From: a virus
Lineage: Duplodnaviria; Caudoviricetes
DNA: 35,908 nt
Strand: one strand, 5' to 3'
IMG/VR virus record: IMGVR_UViG_3300032296_001124
Location: 1-35,908 of that record
Positions within the stretch are counted from its first letter, which is position 1. Each line of letters opens with the position of its first letter. Below the pieces are notes generated by a model that saw only the letters and a list, made by a program, of their open reading frames with translations, was not told the origin of the DNA and did no database searches. The translations under genes and the position numbers were made by a program. Below are positions 10,191 to 17,434 of the stretch, piece by piece.

Positions 10191-10300
10191 GTTAGGTTAA
10201 TATAACTGTTGCACACGACCCTACTTTGCAAGTTTGCTAGGGTCTTACTAAAGTATTAGATAATATTTTAGTATTAGTCATACGCAAGTATGATTTTAAT

Positions 10301-10308
10301 TATAAATA
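10301..10308 (+). promoter_or_regulatory. Perfect T4 late promoter consensus TATAAATA driving a non-coding transcript
   Basis: Exact TATAAATA; no ORF before the next terminator. Confidence 0.7.
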
Positions 10309-10312
10309 TATT

Positions 10313-10383
10313 TGCAAAGTTTACAGACATTGCAATTTCCTATTTTGGTCAGCCCCGTTCCGCAAGGTTCGGGGCTTTTTATT
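10313..10383 (+). ncRNA. Candidate antisense small RNA 1 (anti-start codon and anti-SD)
   Basis: Between TATAAATA and a terminator; contains GACAT-TGCAATT-TCCTA, the reverse complement of TAGGA-N7-ATGTC. Confidence 0.55.
10351..10383 (+). terminator. Rho-independent terminator
   Basis: AGCCCCG/CGGGGCT stem plus TTTTATT. Confidence 0.88.
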
Positions 10384-10405
10384 TGTCAATTTATTTTGGT
10401 CAAAA

Positions 10406-10462
10406 TGTCGCAAAAATACAACGCCTTAATTAATAGACTAAAATTACCAATTTTGTTAAACT
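10406..10462 (+). promoter_or_regulatory. Early promoter 1: degenerate 18-bp palindrome plus sigma70-like TAGACT-N17-TAAACT
   Basis: TGTCGCAAAAATACAACG at 10406-10423; -35 at 10434; -10 at 10457 with extended TG. Confidence 0.55.
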
Positions 10463-10512
10463 AATACTGTTGTCAAAAGACAACATGCATTTAACAGACA
10501 AAGGAGATTCAA

Positions 10513-10797
10513 ATGCAAAAATTTACACTTAACTTAAACTCTATTAATGACAGTTTTGTAATTGAGACTGACGACAATGACACTATTAAAACAATGCGTG
10601 AGTTACAGAGTCAACTAACTTACAAACAACGACAAGACTTACTTGCAATGTTGTTGCAACGCATTGAGCGTAACTATAATGACTTTATGTCGGGTGCAGA
10701 GTCAGTGGACGATGTTGAGTTGGGCGAGTATACAAGCGACGATTTTATGACTGACTGTCTACAGGCCGCGTATACGCAACAACAAATAACTCAATAA
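10513..10797 (+). CDS. Small acidic early protein (94 aa)
   Basis: AAGGAG SD; has its own promoter. Confidence 0.8.
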   Translation: MQKFTLNLNSINDSFVIETDDNDTIKTMRELQSQLTYKQRQDLLAMLLQRIERNYNDFMSGAESVDDVELGEYTSDDFMTDCLQAAYTQQQITQ

Positions 10798-10814
10798 GTT
10801 AGTGTAAACTAACT

Positions 10815-10885
10815 AAAAGTGTGCTGTTGCGTAAAAACAACAGCGCACTTTTTAAATTGATACAAATTGAGTTTTGTGTTATACT
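10815..10885 (+). promoter_or_regulatory. Early promoter 2: palindrome TGTTGCGTAAAAACAACA plus TTGATA-N17-TATACT
   Basis: Inverted repeat 10815-10852; -35 at 10857; -10 at 10880. Confidence 0.75.
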
Positions 10886-10933
10886 GTATTTGTTGTAGCA
10901 ATAGTGCTCAACATAACACACACAGAGGATATT

Positions 10934-11227
10934 ATGGCCAAACTTAGCAAGCAACAAATGATTGAGGATCTTATTGAACTGTATAGTAGCGATGCTACTG
11001 TGAGGGATCGTATGATCCCTCAAATTAAGAACGAGCTACAGCGTATTAACGATCAAATGCAATTGGGTGCTATTGATTGGGATTTTATGCGTTTGAGCGA
11101 TGCTTTTTATCAGCGTAATCCTAGTGCGTATTTTGCAATGCTTATGAACTACTTTTTTGCTATGCGTGATTACAATTATGTGCGCGAGCAATACAACATT
11201 AACTTTAGCAAAGTTAGTGCTCACTAA
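10934..11227 (+). CDS. Small early protein (97 aa, MAKLSKQQ...)
   Basis: GAGGA SD before ATG 10934; this start fits the promoter better than 10874. Confidence 0.8.
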   Translation: MAKLSKQQMIEDLIELYSSDATVRDRMIPQIKNELQRINDQMQLGAIDWDFMRLSDAFYQRNPSAYFAMLMNYFFAMRDYNYVREQYNINFSKVSAH

Positions 11228-11234
11228 CTAAAAG

Positions 11235-11321
11235 TGTGGCAATTTAACAACTCAATAACCCTACGGCAAAGTCAAATATTGACACAAAATAATAGGTATA
11301 AATTCGGTTTGAGCATATACT
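11235..11321 (+). promoter_or_regulatory. Early promoter 3: degenerate palindrome, TTGACA (11279) and TAGGTA-N17-TATACT
   Basis: TGTGGCAATTTAACAACT at 11235-11252; TATACT at 11316-11321. Confidence 0.5.
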
Positions 11322-11382
11322 ACAAGTGTTGTAAGCAATAACGCAAGCAACAATTTTTTAACACACAGAAAGAGAGTTAGAT

Positions 11383-11772
11383 ATGAGTAAGCAAATTACA
11401 ATTGAACTGCACGAAGTTGACTTTGAGAAAACTTTTGAAGTTAGTGCTGAGTTTATTGAGCGTTGGAAAACTGAAACGCTAGCAAACGAAGAGTTTGAGC
11501 AACTAGCACAAACGATCTTGCAAAGTTTGACCGCAGAAGAACTTGCACAGTTTGAGCAAGATGTTGTAGAGTTGAACGAACGAACACGCGATGTGCCTAC
11601 AGAAGAGTTTTTTAACTACATGAAGCAGACACAAGGCTTTACAGAAGATGAGTTTGTAGCATATAAGCAAGAAGTGCTGAAACGCCATGCAACACCTTCA
11701 ACTGCAATTGACCTTATGCGTATTTGCTTGGGCTGTAGTCTTGCTGATGCAGTTGAAGACGCAGTAATTTAA
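11383..11772 (+). CDS. Acidic (Glu-rich) early protein (129 aa)
   Basis: ORF with ACACACAG/AG-rich leader like its neighbours. Confidence 0.8.
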   Translation: MSKQITIELHEVDFEKTFEVSAEFIERWKTETLANEEFEQLAQTILQSLTAEELAQFEQDVVELNERTRDVPTEEFFNYMKQTQGFTEDEFVAYKQEVLKRHATPSTAIDLMRICLGCSLADAVEDAVI

Positions 11773-11780
11773 TTGAGCAG

Positions 11781-11847
11781 AAGTGTGCTGTTGCGTAAAA
11801 ACAACAGCACATTTTTAATTGACACAAAATACACTCGGTGCTATACT
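11781..11847 (+). promoter_or_regulatory. Early promoter 4: palindrome TGTTGCGTAAAAACAACA plus near-consensus TTGACA-N17-TATACT
   Basis: Palindrome core 11789-11806; -35 at 11819; -10 at 11842 with extended TG. Confidence 0.85.
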
Positions 11848-11880
11848 AACATTATTGTAAACACACAGACGGAGATCAAA

Positions 11881-12045
11881 ATGGCATTTCTTACCAAAAC
11901 CGAAGCAGAAGCATACTTGCGTGAGTATTACGAAGACAACTACGATGACGAGACATTTGAAGAATTTCTTTCAATATTAGAAGATCAACTTGATATGGTC
12001 AGTCCCGAAATGGTCTACGCTTTTACAATCTTCACAGAGGCTTAA
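11881..12045 (+). CDS. Very acidic small early protein (54 aa, MAFLTKTEAE...)
   Basis: GGAG SD before ATG 11881. Confidence 0.75.
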   Translation: MAFLTKTEAEAYLREYYEDNYDDETFEEFLSILEDQLDMVSPEMVYAFTIFTEA

Positions 12046-12046
12046 C

Positions 12047-12196
12047 ATGTTACATGCACTTGGTTTATTTTTGATTAGTTTTATTGGACTTTTTATTTTT
12101 GTTTGGATTCGTTACTTGTGGGAGATTCGTCAGCCCGATTACTTTACCAAACACTTTGCTGAATTAGAAAAACAAAAAAATGAAAATAACCGATAA
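12047..12196 (+). CDS. Small membrane protein (49 aa, one N-terminal TM helix)
   Basis: MLHALGLFLISFIGLFIFVWIRY; adjacent to the upstream stop codon. Confidence 0.6.
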   Translation: MLHALGLFLISFIGLFIFVWIRYLWEIRQPDYFTKHFAELEKQKNENNR

Positions 12197-12344
12197 ACTG
12201 CGACTTGAACTAATGATCCGCGAACAGATAAAACAGCATGGTGATGAGTTTTATGCTGAGCTTGCTCGTATATTAGAAAAGATACAAAACGAAATGGCAA
12301 TAGACACTCGCGGAAAACCAAGTCTAAGCATAGTAAATTTGTAA
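12180..12344 (+). CDS. Small hypothetical protein (54 aa, MKITDKLRLE...), absent from the ORF track
   Basis: Open frame overlapping the previous gene and ending just before the next TAAATA. Confidence 0.6.
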   Translation: MKITDKLRLELMIREQIKQHGDEFYAELARILEKIQNEMAIDTRGKPSLSIVNL

Positions 12345-12352
12345 TTTAGGCA

Positions 12353-12358
12353 TAAATA
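12353..12358 (+). promoter_or_regulatory. TAAATA late-type promoter of sRNA 2
   Basis: CATAAATA immediately before a structured non-coding unit. Confidence 0.65.
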
Positions 12359-12362
12359 GTTT

Positions 12363-12512
12363 TACATTAGAACAGGCGTTGATCTTTTTGTATGCCATAA
12401 AAAAATCCTTTGTCTGTTTGGGTTGATTAATCTACTTCCCGTTGCCAGTTCTAATGTAGATATTGGTGCAACGCCAGTATCCAGAACCCGCCCAAGTGGC
12501 GGGTTTTGTTTT
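12363..12512 (+). ncRNA. Candidate antisense small RNA 2 (anti-start codon and anti-SD inside a large loop)
   Basis: 11-bp stem 12363-12373/12448-12458 enclosing GCCAT-AAAAAAA-TCCTTT; second hairpin 12460-12480; terminator. Confidence 0.6.
12485..12512 (+). terminator. Rho-independent terminator
   Basis: AACCCGCC-CAAGT-GGCGGGTT plus TTGTTTT. Confidence 0.85.
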
Positions 12513-12553
12513 GACTTTTATATCTAAAAGTGTTAAAATTCTGTTTACGATGA

Positions 12554-12563
12554 TAAATAAATA
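12554..12563 (+). promoter_or_regulatory. Overlapping TAAATA cores upstream of the 12584 operon
   Basis: TAAATAAATA, then AAGGAG SD. Confidence 0.6.
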
Positions 12564-12583
12564 GGCATACAAAGGAGACAATA

Positions 12584-12931
12584 ATGATAGCAAGAGGACC
12601 ACATGTAGTAGCCAAAATCCTGCACAAGGAAAGCAAATATGGCGGCTCAATCTACACAATAACTTTTATCAGTAATCACGCTGAGATCACGCACACTTAT
12701 GTTGATCCAGACAATCGCAACGCTAAAGTTTGGGCAGAGATCATTGACTTATATGATCGTGGCTATGGCATTGTGCTAAGTGATCTACGCTACAAACTCA
12801 AAGACAACAAACTAACTTACAAAAACAACACCAACGAGCCGTTGGTCAATGCCGATTCAAAAGTTAGAATATTATACGCCACGCCCAATAGACAGGAAGT
12901 TATAGACCATCTTTATGAGGTATTAAAATGA
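12584..12931 (+). CDS. Hypothetical protein (115 aa)
   Basis: AAGGAG SD; ATGA-coupled operon. Confidence 0.8.
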   Translation: MIARGPHVVAKILHKESKYGGSIYTITFISNHAEITHTYVDPDNRNAKVWAEIIDLYDRGYGIVLSDLRYKLKDNKLTYKNNTNEPLVNADSKVRILYATPNRQEVIDHLYEVLK

Positions 12932-13140
12932 TGCGAGAAAAAGTAATTGAGTCAATGATTGCATTGGCCACAGAACTACGCCAAAATGAACATGATAAAC
13001 ATGTTTACTATTATTTGGTTGAAGTTATGAGAAACTTATACGAGTATGCCTATTTCAATGACATGCACATTTGTGAAGCAGATTTATGGTTTATGTATGA
13101 TGACGATGATGCTGCTGACCTTACCAATGAACAGCAATGA
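12928..13140 (+). CDS. Hypothetical protein (70 aa)
   Basis: ATGA overlap; GAGG SD. Confidence 0.7.
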   Translation: MMREKVIESMIALATELRQNEHDKHVYYYLVEVMRNLYEYAYFNDMHICEADLWFMYDDDDAADLTNEQQ

Positions 13141-13349
13141 AAACACGAGACGAACTACTACAAGAATATTTGGATCAATTGCGTGAGCAAGTTATAATAG
13201 CTGAACCTAGCGAATATACACATGCTCGTGTAGCAATGATCAAAGACTATTTGCAAAGACCCAGCCATGAACAGCATCGGTTAATAAACTTTGAAATACA
13301 CTGGCGTGAAAAAGAACAAGCGAGTAAATACAACGATGGCAACAAATAA
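13137..13349 (+). CDS. Hypothetical protein (70 aa)
   Basis: ATGA overlap. Confidence 0.7.
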   Translation: MKTRDELLQEYLDQLREQVIIAEPSEYTHARVAMIKDYLQRPSHEQHRLINFEIHWREKEQASKYNDGNK

Positions 13350-13587
13350 GATTCCTCGCAACCTAAGCGGTCCAGAGCGTTGGGCTATTGTTGACCAAAT
13401 CACAGGCACCAACCAAAATCAAAAAATAAAAAAACAAAAATTTGGCAATCACAATTTTAAATCTTGGACTAAACATCAAAAAGACGCATACACTACGGCA
13501 ATCACAGGCATCAAACCAAACCAAGGCACTAACAAAGATCTACGAGCAGGCAGAAGCAAAGGCAGATACATCAAAGGCAACATTTAA
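13336..13587 (+). CDS. Basic hypothetical protein (83 aa, MATNKIPR...)
   Basis: TAAATA 13325-13330 lies 5 nt before ATG 13336; Lys-rich. Confidence 0.65.
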   Translation: MATNKIPRNLSGPERWAIVDQITGTNQNQKIKKQKFGNHNFKSWTKHQKDAYTTAITGIKPNQGTNKDLRAGRSKGRYIKGNI

Positions 13588-13599
13588 TTACATAGCACA

Positions 13600-13990
13600 T
13601 AAGGTTGGCGGGCCAGATAATATTCCGCTGTGGAAAAAGCTTGGAAGGTTAAATCAAGGGCACACAATAAAGAGTTTTGCTATACTCAAATAAACCGCGC
13701 TACGAAAACGCAAATACTAGGGACGAGTTTTGCGGCACTGATACAGTGAGTCGTGATAGGTAGGGAAAGCACAGAGCCCAGTAGCACTAGCGGAAAATAC
13801 CTATACCCAGGACAGGTGGATGACCTCATCAGGATGTCTTAAGATTGGGACCTAAATGGTCCCATCTTGGCTTCAAAGCCTTTCAGGATATCTCTTAACA
13901 CACCGCCAATATACTTTCAAAGAGAAAACAAAACAAGTTAATAAGCGACAGCGATTAACTTGTTTTAGATCCTGCAAGGATCTATAATAA
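13600..13990 (+). other. Large structured non-coding element (ncRNA or replication origin candidate)
   Basis: At least seven hairpins, including a perfect 13-bp inverted repeat 13930-13942/13954-13966; no credible ORF over most of its length. Confidence 0.55.
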
Positions 13991-14005
13991 GCAGATAATT
14001 TTTAG

Positions 14006-14011
14006 TAAATA
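14006..14011 (+). promoter_or_regulatory. TAAATA late-type promoter
   Basis: Upstream of the AAGGA SD of the HNH gene. Confidence 0.6.
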
Positions 14012-14036
14012 AAAGTATCACAAGAAAGGAAATTAA

Positions 14037-14474
14037 ATGGCAAACAACAAAATTACTATTGGTGCTTGGACTTGGGATACAGAACTACTTCTAAGTAAAA
14101 TCAAAGTTTATGGACCTGACGACTGCTGGGACTGGACAGGATCAACTAGTCCCAATGCAAATCTATTTGGCGCAAGAAAAAACGACAAACCACAAATGAC
14201 ACAGGCCAGTAGATTGATATGGATGACCATACACGGAGAAGACATCGCAGAACTAGAAGTAAAACATAGCTGTGGCAATAGATTCTGCACCAATCCCAAA
14301 CACATGGCCACACAGCCTAATCACTTGCGCTATCACAGAGATGGACGCCCCTTGGGTCAGCCCAAACCTAAACCACGAGAACCAGAAATAAAAACACGCA
14401 GATTGATACCTGTAGTAGAAGATTTAGTAGCAAAACAACCTAAACAAAAACAGCAACCATGGTGGAAGATATGA
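14037..14474 (+). CDS. HNH (His-Me finger, HNH_3-like) endonuclease
   Basis: CW.W.G...ASRLIW...H.CGNRFCTNPKHM motif. Confidence 0.85.
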   Translation: MANNKITIGAWTWDTELLLSKIKVYGPDDCWDWTGSTSPNANLFGARKNDKPQMTQASRLIWMTIHGEDIAELEVKHSCGNRFCTNPKHMATQPNHLRYHRDGRPLGQPKPKPREPEIKTRRLIPVVEDLVAKQPKQKQQPWWKI

Positions 14475-14725
14475 GCAGACCAGAACCCACAATAATAGCA
14501 GAAGTTGATTTGCCTAATGGACAACTTTGGCAAATAACACTGGCAGACACTGTTTACATAGTAACATATCAAGGACAGCCTGTGGGACTGAGAGTAACAG
14601 AAGGCATGGGCAATTTCAAATATAAAAAGATGAGTTATACTAATTTGGGCAGTGCTCGTAGACAAGCAAGACTGCTGAACCACAGATTCAACTGTGAAGA
14701 TTTTGAAGTAATGAGGATGGCATGA
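14471..14725 (+). CDS. Hypothetical phage protein (84 aa, MSRPEPT...YKKMSYTNLG)
   Basis: ATG 14471 overlaps the HNH stop codon (ATGA). Confidence 0.75.
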   Translation: MSRPEPTIIAEVDLPNGQLWQITLADTVYIVTYQGQPVGLRVTEGMGNFKYKKMSYTNLGSARRQARLLNHRFNCEDFEVMRMA

Positions 14726-15012
14726 TGAGCATATGGAACAGCATATTGGGCACAGGCACAGCAGCCAATTTGGGCATGAGTCTCAGTAACACAATGCAGC
14801 CTCCACCCCCTCCCCCACCTATGAATCAGCAGATGATGAATCAATACCAATGGGCTAGTCAACAGTATCAAAACTTTCCACCCAGTCCTGCACCCCCACC
14901 CCCAAAGTGGATGTATAACGGAGAATTCTGCACAGCCCAAGAATTTGCAGTTAAGATGTGGCCCGATGATGAAGAATCAAGACTAATGTTTTTATTGAAA
15001 CACCCAGAATAA
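14722..15012 (+). CDS. Pro/Gln-rich hypothetical protein
   Basis: GAGGA SD; ATGA overlap. Confidence 0.65.
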   Translation: MMSIWNSILGTGTAANLGMSLSNTMQPPPPPPPMNQQMMNQYQWASQQYQNFPPSPAPPPPKWMYNGEFCTAQEFAVKMWPDDEESRLMFLLKHPE

Positions 15013-15022
15013 GGAAACTAAC

Positions 15023-15205
15023 ATGATAATGAACAAAGACGCAGTAAAGATTCAAGCACAGGCAAAAAAGATACACACAGGTGAAATACAAGTAAAGATA
15101 GAACGCTGGGTCAAAGGTATCGGTTGGGCTACCATGGACATGTATTTTACTCCAGCAGAGTATGACAAGTTTATACAAGCAGTTGGCCATGTTGACAATA
15201 AATGA
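15023..15205 (+). CDS. Hypothetical protein (60 aa)
   Basis: AAGGA SD. Confidence 0.65.
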   Translation: MIMNKDAVKIQAQAKKIHTGEIQVKIERWVKGIGWATMDMYFTPAEYDKFIQAVGHVDNK

Positions 15206-15237
15206 AAATCAAACATTTTCTATCAAGTAAAAAAGAC

Positions 15238-15245
15238 TATAAATA
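15238..15245 (+). promoter_or_regulatory. Perfect TATAAATA late promoter of the tail/nozzle operon, within a 9-bp inverted repeat
   Basis: TATCAAGTA (15221-15229) and TACTTGATA (15244-15252) flank and overlap TATAAATA. Confidence 0.72.
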
Positions 15246-15268
15246 CTTGATAACTGTGAGAAACGCCA

Positions 15269-17434
15269 ATGGCCCAGATAAGATCTAATTACGAAGAAGT
15301 TCGCATACCATTTTCAAAAATGACATTTAGCCCAGATGTGCCTTCAACTGCACTAGGGCCTAACGAATACAACGATGGCTTGAATGTTGAAGCCGATGTT
15401 AGAGGCATACGCAGCACCGCAGGTGATCAAGCTATATTAGATGCTGTGCCTGGCACTCCAACATTTATCAGTTCAGGCTTTCGCCGCAATGGTGAATTTT
15501 GGTTTGTAGTGGCCACAGAAGAAGGACGCTGGTGGGCCAGTAACGGCACAGAGTATCAATATGATCCATTGCCTGCGCCCACATCAATGTGGTATGAAAT
15601 TACCCCTAACCCTAGCAGCCCATTCGTTGGTTACACACAAAGCACAAACATCACAGAAGCATGGAACGGCACAGTGGCTTTCTTCAATGACAGCCTAAAT
15701 GCTCCCATGTTTTGGCCCGATGAAGACAGTGCAGTAAGTCCTCCTGCCATACGCATTACACCTTACAGTAACATTGTTCCAATTGGCATATATGATATCA
15801 TTGCCAACAGCGGCACACAAAAGACCATTGTGTTTGACAATGCCTTTACTAGTTCGGGCAGCAGCATCGCTGGCACTACACTGACAATAGGCACTCTAGA
15901 CAGTGGCTCTATTGCTGTAGGACAAACAATCACGGGCACTGGCGTAACAGCAGGCACTAAGATTGTGGCCAATGTAACAGGCACGGGCGACAACAGTGTT
16001 TGGACTGTGGACATAAGTCAAACAGTAGGTGCTACCACAATTACAGGCAGTCCATTTGCCACAGCGCCTTTTGACACAGGCAGCTTTGTGCTAGTAGCAG
16101 ATGTTAGCCCACGCCAATTAAACGGCACTTGGGAAGTAGTTAGCTGCACATTATTAGATGTAACAATATTGTGTAGTGAAAATGTGCCCTATGATGATGG
16201 CGGTTCAGTGGCACCCAAATACAGTTGGAACTACAATCCTAATTGGAGCTCAGTGCATGCCAACTTTATGCGATTGTATAACAGTCCTAATGTGGGCTCA
16301 ATCCTAGTTGCAGGTAATCTAACAGCTACCAATGCTGACACAGCGGCCACAGAATTATATCCTGTAACTGTGCAATGGAGTCAAAACTTTGGATTGAATG
16401 AAGCTCCCTTGTCATGGACTCCCACTGTTAACAACATTGCTAACCAATTGGAAGTTCCACTACGCGGACCTGCGCTAGATGCTTTCCCCTGCAATGGACA
16501 GTTCTTCCTATGCTCATACTGGGACACAGTGGTGTTCAGTCCTATCAACTATGCCACAACCGCAGCGCCTATCCTAGGTGTAAGATTGTTTACACAGGGT
16601 AGAGGTTTGTTAAGTTCTAACTGCTGGGCCAACACAGACAAACTAGTCTACGGTGTTGATGCTAGAGATATTTGGGTATTCAATGGGCAGGACTTTCAAG
16701 GTATTGGTAACCAGCGTGTAAAGAATTGGTTCTACGATCAATTGGATCCACAATACTATGATCGTGTTTACATGCAGACAAACACGCAGAAGAATCAAAT
16801 AGAAATTTATTATCCTGATGCTGATGCAGTCAACGGCGTGCCCAACAAGATGCTAAGTTATCGTTATGACTTAGATTGCTGGAACGCACCTAGAGAAGTG
16901 CAGGATGCTACATTTGCTACAGAAAGTCCTATCTGGACTTACACAGCTTTACCAAGTCCAACATGGACACCACAGTTAGGCAGTAGAACTGTAGTCTATG
17001 CTAGAGGTGTTCAGGACGAAGCTATAGCACAAAAAGACATAGGTTATGACTTCTTAGGCTCGCCAATTACCAGCACATTCCGTAGAGACAATATCAAACT
17101 GTTAAAAGACTACAGTGGCAAACTAATGGTGCATCGCATATTGCCAGAAGCAGTGAACATTGGCGCAGAACCATTTACATCTACAGATGAAATAGAAATC
17201 ATTCCAAGTCCAGGACAGATTGGTATTAAAATAGAAGGTGCCAACAGCATAGGTTCAGCGCCTGCCGGCACAGTCACAGTAACAATGAATCTAGATACAA
17301 ACAATCCATGGTGCCAAATTAATCAAAATGCTTATCGTGTTAACAGCATAGAAATAACTGACACCAGCGACACAGACGCTTGGATCTGTCCTGCTGTGAC
17401 ATGGCAGTTTACACAAGTAGAGGATGATAGATGA
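15269..17434 (+). CDS. Tail nozzle / tail tubular protein B-like (beta-propeller; P22 gp10 analogue)
   Basis: 721 aa beta-rich; V.WS, IWVFNG...[10 protein letters not shown] and EI.I.YP...YRY...W patterns; precedes the ejection genes. Confidence 0.7.
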   Translation: MAQIRSNYEEVRIPFSKMTFSPDVPSTALGPNEYNDGLNVEADVRGIRSTAGDQAILDAVPGTPTFISSGFRRNGEFWFVVATEEGRWWASNGTEYQYDPLPAPTSMWYEITPNPSSPFVGYTQSTNITEAWNGTVAFFNDSLNAPMFWPDEDSAVSPPAIRITPYSNIVPIGIYDIIANSGTQKTIVFDNAFTSSGSSIAGTTLTIGTLDSGSIAVGQTITGTGVTAGTKIVANVTGTGDNSVWTVDISQTVGATTITGSPFATAPFDTGSFVLVADVSPRQLNGTWEVVSCTLLDVTILCSENVPYDDGGSVAPKYSWNYNPNWSSVHANFMRLYNSPNVGSILVAGNLTATNADTAATELYPVTVQWSQNFGLNEAPLSWTPTVNNIANQLEVPLRGPALDAFPCNGQFFLCSYWDTVVFSPINYATTAAPILGVRLFTQGRGLLSSNCWANTDKLVYGVDARDIWVFNGQDFQGIGNQRVKNWFYDQLDPQYYDRVYMQTNTQKNQIEIYYPDADAVNGVPNKMLSYRYDLDCWNAPREVQDATFATESPIWTYTALPSPTWTPQLGSRTVVYARGVQDEAIAQKDIGYDFLGSPITSTFRRDNIKLLKDYSGKLMVHRILPEAVNIGAEPFTSTDEIEIIPSPGQIGIKIEGANSIGSAPAGTVTVTMNLDTNNPWCQINQNAYRVNSIEITDTSDTDAWICPAVTWQFTQVEDDR

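Noticed and set aside
10796-11850. CRISPR-like array from the recurring palindromes
   Set aside because: Repeats are separated by whole genes and tied to promoters; no cas genes
13442-13693. 83-aa ORF overlapping gene 13336 and the structured element
   Set aside because: No SD, non-ATG start, and extensive overlap with a better-supported gene; cannot be fully excluded
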